DNA of 64,000 nucleotides. Source: Botryllus schlosseri. Lineage: Eukaryota. The stretch spans positions 6,510,001-6,574,000 of the forward strand of contig CM119386.1 in assembly GCA_051294905.1 (NCBI GenBank), given 5' to 3'. Shown piece after piece: positions 38,116 through 51,096 of the stretch (position 1 is the first letter of the stretch; each line of letters opens with the position of its first letter). Position numbers and translations under genes: made by a program. Under the pieces are notes generated by a model. That model did no database searches. It worked only from the letters and a program-made list of their open reading frames with translations, and was not told where the DNA came from.

Positions 38116-40975
38116 GCATCCAAAATCGATGACCTTCACTTCGTGAGTGTCTGGATTTATTAGCACGTTTTGGGGTTTATGTCGCGGTGAACGATACCAT
38201 TTCCGTGACAATAGAATCGTGTCAGCCACTTGATGGGAGATGTCATGACGTGTATCTTTTTGAAGATGTCCTTGGTCGTCTAAAACAGCGTTTCTCAACC
38301 GCGGGTCCGCGAAGCATTTTCAGGGGGTCCGCGAAGCCTCCACATTTAAAACATGATAATTAAGCTAATTTGATATTTCTAAGCGAAGTTAGAAAATATA
38401 TACATCATGTATTTGCTTTGCGAAGTTAGAAAATATATACATTATGTATTTGCTTTGTAACAGCTATTTGCTTTGTAACAGCTAAAACGTTAGGGCGCAC
38501 GTTTGCAGAATGATGTTTGTGATAGAATATCCGGCCGTGCAAACTCATTTCAACTGTCTGGAAGAGATTTAGGTCTATAGAAAGGCCTAAATTGTCCCGT
38601 CACAAAAGGTGGAAACTGTTCACGTGCTAACGGTGTCGACGGAATGGCATAGTAGTCCAACAAGCACAGATCTTGACAGATCTTGATTGTTGGCAACGTT
38701 AGCTAAGAGACACTACTTTGCTTAAAACGTATTCGGTATGGCCAAATCCAGAAAGTACTCAAAAAGTTATCTCAAAATGGGGTTTACCTCATTGACATAT
38801 GAAGACAAAGAAAAGCCACAATGTAGTACGTATGTCTTCATATGTCATGCTGTCCTCAGCAATGAAGCCATCAAAACTGTAGCGTCACTTGAAGCAAAAA
38901 CATCCGGAGCACATTGAAAAAGACTTGTCACTCTTTCAAACTCAAGAACTATCTTTGAAGCGGCAAAGACTTGATGCTCGTGGATATTTTCATCAACAAA
39001 CCACCGCGACTTGATGCTCGTGGATATTTTCATCAACAAACCACCGCCTGTGTTGAGGCGTCATTTGAAGTGGCGTTGGTCATCGCTCAGCAGAAAAAGC
39101 CTCGTACGATAGGTGAAACCATTGTTATAAACCCTGTGCTATGAAAATGGCAAATCGCGTATTGGGCAAAAATAGCGCAGACAAAATCAATCAGGTGTTG
39201 CCTAATGACACAATTAAGAGGCGCATTTCGATTATGTCAGGTGATGTCAAAAGCCAAGTAACCGGTGGGATCAAAGCTTCTCCCATGTTTTCTATACAAG
39301 TTGATGAATCAACTGATGTGGCATCATGCTCTCAGCTTTTAGTTTTCGTTCGATACTTGCACATGGAAGACGTTAAAGAGCAATTTTTGTTTTGTAATGC
39401 TTTGGAAACAACAACGACGGCGCAAGATGTGATGGACAGCATTTCAAAGTTCTTTGAAGCTGAAGGATTGCAGTGGGAGAAGCTATGTGGTGTGTGTACG
39501 GATGGAGCATCTGCGATGCTTGGATCCAAATCAGGTTTCCAAATGAAAGTAATAGCCAAATCTCTCCAAGTCAAAGAAGTACTTTGCATGATACATCGGT
39601 ACACCCTTGCTTGTAAGACTCTTCCAGTTTTTCTGGTGAAAGTTCTTGATTCTGTCGTGAAAGTTGTCAATTTTTTCAAAAAGAGCGCTACAACTTCCCG
39701 CCTATATTTAAACAGCTGTGCAAAGAAATGGACTCTAACTACCAGACACTTTTATTTTACACTTCAGTACGGTGGCTCTCGAAAGGGAATGTAGGCAATC
39801 GCGTCTATAAGCTTAGAACCGAAATAAAATGGTTCTTAGATATGACGAACAAAGATACTCTCAGCAACTACTTCGGCTATGAAGCATGGTTACAGGGTCT
39901 GGCCTATTTGGCTGACATAACTGAGCAGTTGAATAAGATCAATTTGAGACTTCAAGGACATGATACAAACATATTGCTGTTTAGAGATGTTTTGTTGGGG
40001 TTTGCAGAAAAGATCAAACTTTAGAATAGGAAGGTCAATCAGGGTAATTCGCAATGTTCGAAAAACTTTCTGAATTTGAAGCTGTCCTGCTCAGTGCACT
40101 GATCAAGCTGGATATTAGTGAACATTTGCAGTCGCTTGAAAAAGAATTCATGAAGTATTTTCCTGATTTATCTCAAGGAGCTGAAATCTTTCCGCGGAAC
40201 CCAAGTATTTTCCTGATTTATCTCGAGGAGCTGAAATCTTTCCGCGGAACCCATTTTCTCCTTTGGTAGACATAACAACCACTATTCCGGAGGAACTTCA
40301 AGATGAACTGCTGAATTTAAGGGCTGACTCGGCTGGTCGTGATATGTTCATTGAAAAATCACTTTCTCAATTTTGGTGCCTCATGTTACGATCATACCCA
40401 AAGGTATCGTCGGAAGCGTTACGTGTTATCGTTCCGTTCGCCTCCACCTATCTTTGCGAAAGCGGATTTTCTGCTCTTGTGCATATCAAATCGAAGGCGA
40501 GAAATCAATTAAACGTCGAAGATGATATGCGATTAGCGCTGTCCAAGACAATACCACGCATTTCAAGACTCTCTGATGATATGCAGCATCAAAAATCCCA
40601 TCAATACCACGCATTTCAAGACTCTCTGATGATATGCAGCATCAAAAATCCCATCAAGTCAATTTGCTTTGAAACAAACGTTTTCTACAAGCATGATGTT
40701 ATTTTTCACTTGAGAAAAGCGCTAGGATTGCAGTTAAAAGTAGCCTACAGTTAGTGTTTGCACAAGACAAACGACGTTCGCTGGATTATTGAGCAAAATT
40801 AGAACTAAAACTTTAGGGGGTCCGCGGGATTCTTGCATTACCAAAAGGTATCCGCGAAGGCAAAAAGGTTGAGAACCACTGGTCTAGAAACTTGAAAAGC
40901 GTGAGGTAAAGCTCCATGAGTGCGTAACTGCGTATACATCATACTCACGGAACCAGCCTAACATCAGGATGACTC
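37480..40975 (-). pseudogene. Pim-like kinase pseudogene F (A-type): exon 3 (40975-40882 + 38277-38101) split by a hAT transposon, exon 4 from 37761; exons 1-2 not found
   Basis: Exon 3 starts cag|GAGTCATCCTGATGTTAGGCTGG like copy A, contains VIDFGCATSLK|gt and is frameshifted (271 vs 278 nt). Exon 4 AGTPIYYPPEWYTEESYYGDRLDVWCLG is frameshifted. Confidence 0.85.
38286..40881 (+). mobile_element. 2.6-kb hAT DNA transposon, Buster/Charlie type (ZBED5/ZBED8-like transposase, fragmented)
   Basis: TIRs CAGCGTTTCTCAACC / GGTTGAGAACCACTG. 8-bp TSD GTCTAAAA / GTCTAGAA. Motifs FSIQVDESTD, VCTDGASAM, CMIHRY, VRWLSKG, PFASTYLCESGFSAL. Broken by 40-, 50- and 53-bp tandem duplications and stops. Confidence 0.95.
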
Positions 40976-42296
40976 CTGTGAAGTAATAAACGGTATGAAT
41001 AAACAGCCAATATCCGTTTTCGATGGGTACATGCTTGTCGTGCAATACATCCGACATACTGACCATGTCATACCATAAACATACTGCCCTTCTTAATGAA
41101 ACTGTACTGAAAACGTATTACGACCTCAACGCAAGTTTGATGTTCATTAACTAAAGAAAGACTCGAGCAACAAAGCACGATACAAAAAAGTATCCAATAT
41201 ATAGGTAGGGTAACGTGCCATGTAATCAACACGAATCATGAGATTACGAATAAACAATCAACACACGCATGCTTTATGAGAATGAAATGTCATCTCAACT
41301 GCAACACTGCTTTTATAAACGGCTATGCATGCTGGAAAATGGTTCGAGATATCTTTAGTAAAGCTTAGGCGAGAATTTGCTTATCACAGCTTCCCAGTCA
41401 TCACCGAACCGAATGCACAGAACAAGTGAAGGTCATGTTGTTGTGCTGCTCTTTTGGCCTATCTTTTATAACCATCAGATGATTAGGCCGCAGAAATAAG
41501 AGCTTTTCTTCAAGTTCTATAGCAAAATATTGTGAGTTGTACGACAAATCACAACATCCCTATCAGATAAATGATTATGAGAATTCACAGGTCGTGGCTA
41601 ATTGCATATCAGATAAGTGATTATGAGAATCCACAGGTCGTGGTTGATTGCATAAATATAACTCGATGAACTGTCAAATCTTGGTAGAGAAGTCCATTCC
41701 ATGTTCAGCAATTAAGTTATTCGGTAGCGGTAACAAATTACGAGGAGAGCGTCTGTCTATATAACGGCAGGTAAGATGATACGAATACATTTCTGCTATG
41801 AAACAGGCTTAGAATATATGAATCCATTTCTGCTATGCAACAGGCTTAGAATATGTTTTAGATAGCGCCATTTGGGCTTTGAAAGCACCATTATACCACC
41901 CTATAGGGCTTGCATTCTAAAATTTTCTGCGACTCTGCAACGAAAATAGATTGGTAAGCAACGAAAATAGATTGGTAAGATTGGTAAGATTGGTAACTCC
42001 ATGCTAGCTCTGAATTTTTAAAATCTACATTCAGATACCATTTCAATCTATACAGGATGGGATGCTTAGTTCGTCGCAATTTCGATACCGTAGAAAGCAT
42101 TTGCTTATCAACAGCTTCTCACACACCGAAGAGAACAATGAAAGGTGATGCGTATGTGCTGCTGTTTCCCTATCTTTGATAACAGAATTGGTCCCGCATG
42201 TAGGCTTCCGCATGTGTAGGCTAAGCCAAATAATAATTTGAGTTGTACGATACCTTCAAATTGATCATTACAAATCACGGGATGTGGTTCATTGCG

Positions 42297-45200
42297 TGTG
42301 GTGATTGTTGTGATTGTATAAGTGCTGATTACTGTAATTAGTTTACTTTGCTCTGTTCATTCCTTTCGTACCTCAGTTGCTTATATCTGTGTTGTCGAGT
42401 GCATGTCCTAGTTCCGTGAAGTTGATTGTAGCTGAATTTCAGTCAATAAAAACCTAGAAAGCTGTCAAGCAGTTTCGTCTTCGTCTACCTACGCTTTCCT
42501 CGAAAGGTCACCACAATTTTATTAACTGCTATTTACACAATCGACCCTGGAATGACTTTCTCTCGAAAGAAGTATATCCGCGTGCCGGTTCTAGATTTAT
42601 TACCGAGCTCTCAAGACTCTTCGAAAGTATTTAACCACTGGGACAAAATGTTGTCGAGCTTTATATCGGCCGCAGAGTCTTCTTTGCCATCGGCGAGCAG
42701 CACGGACACTGGACAAGAATCTAGCAGTGGCCGTCCCGGGGCAGTTCTCGATAAGTTGGCTATTTTGATTGGTCATGTAATCGCCAAGCGTGTACGCTTT
42801 GATCGAAGATCATGGCACGTTCGAATCTGCCATGGCACACCTAACCAAGTTATATCGGAAGAAAAAGAACATCATATATGCTCGCCATTTACTCGCAACT
42901 GCTAAGCAAGACTCTGGTGAGACCGTCGCTGATTTCTCACAAAAGTTGATCGCTCTGTCTCGTGATTGCAATTTTGAAGCTGTTAATGCAGAAGTGCATA
43001 AAATGGAGGCCGTGCGAGATGCCCTAATTACTGGCTTGCGGTCCTCTGCCATTAGATTGCGTCTTCTCGAACATGATGAGTTAACACTCGAAAAAGTCAT
43101 GCAGATAGCAGACTCTCTTGAACGGGCGCAAGCGTTTTCCTCGTCCTATTGAAATATCGCCTCCTACCGCCAACATGGTATCGGGAAATCAGGAAATGCA
43201 GAAGACTTCACATACGCCTGATCAATCGCCTATGTTGTCCTGCAGCTCTGAATTGGCTGCATTACAGAAGTCTCCTGAAAAAAAGAAGTGCTTATTTTGC
43301 GGCGGTTTCCATACGATGCTTCGCAAGTTTTGTCCAGCCCGAAACAGCGAATGCTCGAGATGTGGCCGACGGGGTCACTTTGCCAAAGTCTGCAAATTCA
43401 ATTTGGCTTCGCTAGCCGGTGTACCCGGTTCTTTGAGGCGTTCGACGATGGAAGTTTTTGTTGCTGAGAGATTGGTCAAAGTACTTGTAGATTCGGGGGC
43501 ATACGAATGCTACATTAGCTCATCATTCGCCAAAATTCTCAATCTCGCTCTTACTCCTCGGGATTACACTATTATCCTTGCATCAAAGTCATCTTCTGCT
43601 CGAGTTATTGGTCACGCATACGCGACACTTCGTATTGAAGATAAAGATTACGGCGCAACTCAATTTTGCGTCGTTGATGAACTGTGCGCCGACGTAATTA
43701 TCGGTTTGGAATTCCTCAAACAGCATAAGAGAGTTATATTTGAATTCGGTGGGCGAAGGGAGATCTCGTAATAGGACGCAAGCATTGTGCCGTAGCTTCC
43801 GCTAAAGTGATTGATCCGCCTGAAATATTCAAGTTTGTCGACCCAGCTGTAAAGCCTGTAGCTGTGAAGTCGAGAAAGTACAGCTCAGAGGATCGATCTT
43901 TCGTACGGAGCGAGGTGTCAAAGCTCCTGGACGAAGGCGTTATAGAGAAGTCGGTATCTCCCTGGCGAGCTCAAGTTTTGGTAACCAAGGACCCTCGACA
44001 TAAGAAAAGGTTAGTGATTGATTACTCGCGGACGATAAATCGATACACCCCTTTGGATGCTTATCCGCTACCAAAAATTGATGACATTGTCAATGAAGTT
44101 GCAAAAGGTGTTGTTTATAGCACGATCGATCTCAAGTCTGCCTATCACCAGGTGTCTCTCTCTGCGGCCGACCGACCCTTCACAGCTTTTGAAGCTGATG
44201 GTTGTCTGTATCAATTTCGTCGCCTACCCTTCGGCATCACCAATGGGGTCGCTGCATTTCAGCGGTTCATTGATAAATTTATAGCGGACAACCACTTGAA
44301 AGGCACAATAGCTTACTTGGATAATGTAACTATATACGGAAAGGCACAATAGCTTACTTGGATAATGTAACTATATACGGAAGGAATCAGAAGGAATCAG
44401 AAGGAGCACAATGAGAGGCTCTCTTCGTTCATGTCCGCCGCTGATTCAACAGGTCTGACTCTAAATAAAAATAAATGTGCGTTTGGGGTTTCGAAGCTCT
44501 CACTGCTCGGCCATCTGATATCCCACAATGATATTCGACCCGATCCGGATCATTTGCGACCCTTAACGCAAATGCCGGCTCCAAGCCTCGTAGTCTGAAG
44601 CGCTGTTTGGGCATGTTTTCGTACTATTCAAAATGGATTCCGTCCTTTTCCGACAAAGTGAAGCCCCTATGTGAAAATGTCGTGTTCCCCTTGCTTGAAA
44701 AACAGAGAAACGCGTTTGAAACGTTAAAACAGAATCTACTTCGCGCCTGTTTGAGCTGCATCTATGATGACGAGCCGTTTCAAGTTGAATGCGATGCTTC
44801 CGAAGTTGCGATCGCCTCTATTTTAAGCCAAAAGGGCAGGCCTGTTGCGTTCATGTCTCGAACGCTATCAAAATGCGAAATGAAATACCCCGCTGTAGAA
44901 AAGGAAGCTTTGGCCATTGTCGAGTCTCTTCGAAAATGGGATTATCTCTTGAACCGAAATGAATTTAAATTGATAACGGACCAAAAGGCATTACCTTTCA
45001 TTATTATTATTATTATTATAAGTAAAAATCGTGATAGTGGCGCTTATCACGGCACAGGTTTTGTGCGCCACTTCTGTACTTGTTTTTACAATGGATTAGC
45101 ATTATCCAAATATATACATCACCAACATGCACATTCAATATAAGGAGCTATAGCCGACAATATACAAACACGAGATTTGGTTATACAAATAATGAATGAA

Positions 45201-47961
45201 CAACATGTATTAGCTATACTAGATAAGTCTTCCCGAAGATATCGCGAACTGTACAACATTATCCAATATCGTTGGATCTGTTAAAACATCTTTCAACTCC
45301 CAATTTATTCGGCTCATTCGTGCAGCATGATGTAGTTGTCTCCTTTGATGTTGATATCTCACACAATGTAACAAAAAGTGCTCTACAGATTCCTCTGCAT
45401 TGCATTGCTGACATAGTGGAGTCTCAGAACAACGGATCTTATGCAGATGTTGATTCAGTCTGCAATGGCCGCTTCTTAATCTCAGTAGAATTACGTCTCT
45501 TTGCCGTGTTCCAATTTGAGCTATATCGTCGGTAATTGATGGTCTCAGATTCTTATACGCTCTTCCGGTTTCAGTGCTTCGGTATATCTGATCCCATTCA
45601 CATCTACAATGGTGTCTTAAGACGGACAGTGCATCACGCAGAGGTAATAAGTGATTGTTCCCTTCATCCCTTCTTGACGCAGCGTCTTTCGCTAATTGAT
45701 CGGCGATTTCGTTACCACGAATACCAGCATGCCCAGGTATCCAGATGAACGTGATTGATTTATTGTTATTTTGAAGTTCTGCAATATATTCTAATATATC
45801 GTTCACAACGTAGTCATTGACCGATCCATGATTGGCGATGGCGGTTAGGGCACTCAAACTGTCACTTACTACAGCAATTTTACTATGCGTGTTTCTTTCA
45901 ACCCACGATAATGCATCTTTGATGGCATGCAACTCTACATAAAATATTGAAAAACATTTAGGAAGCGTCGCAGACAATTTCACATTCAACCGAGGAATGT
46001 ATACGGCATAACCACATCCTGACGATGTCTTCGAACCATCCGTATATACAAGTGTATGATCACTGTAGTTCGAGAAAATATGGTCCCGGAATACCACCTT
46101 AACAATTTCTGCAGGGGAATTTCTGCCAAATGATTTTGTCAATGATGAGTCTACATCAGGTTCCTGAGCAATCCACGGAGGGGTTTTTAATATGACTTGC
46201 CCAGATGCGTGCAAATCGCGAATGTCAGCACCACTGGTTAAGGATCGAAAGGTTGAAAATCTCTCATTTATTAAGCTGTATATATCTTCCCATGATTCTT
46301 CCAATATCGAATTAGTTGGGTGAGTTTGTTGGGTGCTGAGACAATATCTATATTTTAAACACAGATACAAGTGCCGTAGGGATAGAGGCATATCATTGCA
46401 TTCAATTTCAATTACAGAAATCTTTCATATTTAGAAAAGACCATCCGAGTAAGATTAAAAATGCAAAGCTCACTCTGTGGAAACTCGAGTTAAGTCCGCT
46501 AAAGTATCAAATAATTCACCGCCCTGGATCCGAGAATATCGGACCTGATACTCTGTCTCGGGTTTGCTGTTCGTCCCCAGGCCAGCCACACATGAGCCTT
46601 CAAGAGATCCACGAAGCGCTGAGTCACCCTGGAATTCGACGACTTGATCACTTTGTCCGATCCAAGAATTTACCTTTTTCTATGGAGGACGTTAAAAGAA
46701 CTTGTGCTAATTGTCAAATATGTGCTAAATTGAAACCTCGGTTCTTCATGTCTAATGAAACGAACAAGTTGATAAAAGCTACTCGACCATGGGAACGTAT
46801 TAGCATCGATTTCAAAGGTCCCGTTGATGGACCCAGAAAGTTTGTACTTGTTATTATTGACGAGTACAGTCGCTTCCCATTTGCTTATCCCTGTCGCGAC
46901 ATGACGTCGTCAACGGTCGTCAATTGTCTCTCATCCTTGTTTTCGCGTGTCGGTGTACCGGAATATGTACACAGTGACAGGGGTGCCTCATTTCTATCTA
47001 AGGAAATCACCGATTTCTTGACACGCAAGCGTATTGCCACCAGCAAGTCGACTCCTTATCACCCCACAGGCAATTCGCAATGCGAGAGCCTTAATCAGAC
47101 TTTGTGGAAATCCGTCAAGTTGCTTTTGGAAAGTCGGAGATTGCCGGAGAGACATTGGGAATCGGTTTTGCCGGATGCTCTGCATTCCATCCGGTCGCTC
47201 TTATGCACGGCAACTAATTGTTCTCCTCATGACAGGTTCTTCAAGTTTGAAAGGAGATCCATGTTGGGCGACTCCATCCCTGACTGGCTTCTTCATGGCG
47301 GCACCGTACTTCTACGAAATTTTGTGCGGAACAAAGGCGACCCCCTCGTTAATGAGGTAGAACTATTGGATGCCAACCCTAAATACGCCTTAATACGTTA
47401 CAGAAACGGCGTAGAATCAACGGTTTCCGTTAAAGATCTCGCACCCTACCCTGTTTCTACAAAGTCTTCTGAGGCGCTTGAAAGAAAGGAAAAAGAGTTT
47501 TCCTCTGTCTGCGATACAACGGAGCCGTCATCCGATGAACTTACCACCTCGTCCAGCAGCGAAAAAGATGGCGTTGCTAGTAAAACATTTCCTCCGCGTC
47601 GCGACGAAGTAGTGGAGCCCAGTAGCAGCGCAGATGTCGAGGAACCTCCACTGCGTCGATCCACGCGCATAAGGCGCGCTCCCGAACGTTACGGGCAAAG
47701 GACCTCGTAAAAGCTAGTCCCTATTTTCTTGGTGGGGGTGAATGTGGTGATTGTTGTGATTGTATAAGTGCTGATTACTGTAATTAGTTTACTTTGCTCT
47801 GTTCATTCCTTTCGTACCTCAGTTGCTTATATCTGTGTTGTCGAGTGCATGTCCTAGTTCCGTGAAGTTGATTGTAGCTGAATTTCAGTCAATAAAAACC
47901 TAGAAAGCTGTCAAGCAGTTTCGTCTTCGTCTACCTACGCTTTCCTCGAAAGGTCACCACA
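42297..47961 (+). mobile_element. Ty3/Gypsy LTR retrotransposon with 219-bp LTRs (42297-42515, 47743-47961); gag-PR-RT-RH-IN disrupted
   Basis: LTRs identical by eye with TGTGGTGA...TCACCACA termini. TSD TTGCG (42292-42296, 47962-47966). PPT GGTGGGGGTGAA at 47731-47742. Gag knuckle CSRCGRRGHFAKVC, protease LVDSGA, RT SPWRAQV/DAYPLP/DLKSAYHQ/LPFG/YLDN, RNase H VECDAS/TDQKAL, integrase HHCC + DFKG/SDRG/CES (46592-47710 open). Confidence 0.97.
45002..46421 (-). mobile_element. 5'-truncated I-clade-type LINE (RNase H + C-terminus) inserted in the Gypsy pol
   Basis: 7-bp TSD CTTTCAT (44995-45001, 46422-46428); removing the insert restores TDQKALPFIFRKDHPSKIKN. ORF 46391-45219 has YTDGS, ELHAI, SDSLSAL, WIPGHAGIRGNEIAD, RLRSGHC. 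(TAA)n tail at ~45002-45019. Confidence 0.95.
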
Positions 47962-49485
47962 TTGCGAAAAGATAGCTCGTTGTATTCTCGACCATATAAT
48001 GTGATATGAATTCATTTCTGCTGTGCGAGCCACTTCCAAGAATAGATTGACTCGCGGAGCAAATCTACAGTTTATTGTGCTTTGTTATTCAATTGCGTAC
48101 ACTTCGTGCAATTTTTTTGTCGCTTATCCTTTCATATTATCTACTTGTCTTGTGGTGTATTGATCTGCCAAAATTTTTAATAAACAGAACTGAACTGAGC
48201 ATTATTTCAAAGGGTATTCCATGCATGCAGAAAAGTGGAAAGGGTACGGAGTCAAGACGAGTCAGACGAGCCGAGCCTCACGAACGGCTCAAAATTGATC
48301 GAATGTTATTGTCGCAATGACTCCAAAAATTCAAATATTAGTAACGTCACAGGACCAGAATCAAGTAATTAGAAAGGCATTGTTACGTAAAATGACGGCA
48401 TGCAGACAAACAAAAACCAGGTTAGGCACAGATGAATTTGCCTCATTGATTGTTGGCTTACAATGCGAGAATCGCAGCGCAGCGAAACAATCCGCCATCG
48501 AATTGTAGTATGAATCGTGCATACTATAGTTTTAATGGACAATTTGTTATGTAATCAACACGAATAAATGTACGCTATACTTTAACCTAATATTTCCTTT
48601 TTAATGCACTGCGCTATTATTTTTTCTGGCAGTGATAAATCAGCTGTTGCTCACTAATCACTTTACTTGCAAACTCGAATTCAGATATTTCCGACAGCTT
48701 TGGTGTCGCCATATGTAGAAACAACTATTTCAACCTGCAGTTCAGAACAAATATCACTTCTGCCTTAGCCAAAGTTGATGTTAAATTGTTGGACCGCATG
48801 CACATATGGTATCCGACAACCTCCTATCTGCTCATTGCATCGTATTGCGTCTAGTAGATCGCATTATGCATTACTAGGGCTGGAAAAATCCAGTACCTTT
48901 CGTAAAATGTTATCGGTAAACAACGCAAACATAGTGAACATATGACGTCATCTGACATCACAATGGTAATTGTAACACTAGAAACAGTTGATCACTTTTG
49001 TTTCCCTGTCTGCGCCCCTGCGCTCCTGCGTGTAAAAGATGTTGCTGCAGTGTAGTTGTCACTAATCTGAGTAGGCTTTTTATCATTGGAATTATTATAT
49101 CACTGAAGACGATGTGACTGGATCGACAATGTCTTACCCTTATCACACAACAATTACTGCTGGACTGCTCAGACGATATCCGTATCTCATGAATTATTTT
49201 CCACCACCTAATTTGAGATAATGTGAAATCGTGGTAGCAAACCTGTATCAAGCTGGATTCCATATCAAATCGACTTTTTAAAACGACTGCATCATTAGAA
49301 ATGAATAGTGAGGAAGTAAATTTACATACATTACGAAAATTACAAACATTACGAAGTAGAAGTAGTGGGAAATTAGATTTACTTAAGTAAGTACTGCAAA
49401 TAGAGGATAACTACTTGAGTACTTCAAAAAAAGAGAAGTACGTCGTTACTGCCCAGATCCGTGTAACGAATCACACAACTTTTCC

Positions 49486-51096
<1,611 letters not shown>

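Noticed and set aside
41000-41160. Exons 1-2 of pseudogene F
   Set aside because: Only a faint HQ.ALR-like trace is present, with no reliable splice sites or G-loop.
45001-45019. Poly-Ile run at the end of ORF 44607-45143
   Set aside because: It is the antisense (TAA)n tail of the inserted LINE, not part of the Gypsy protein.
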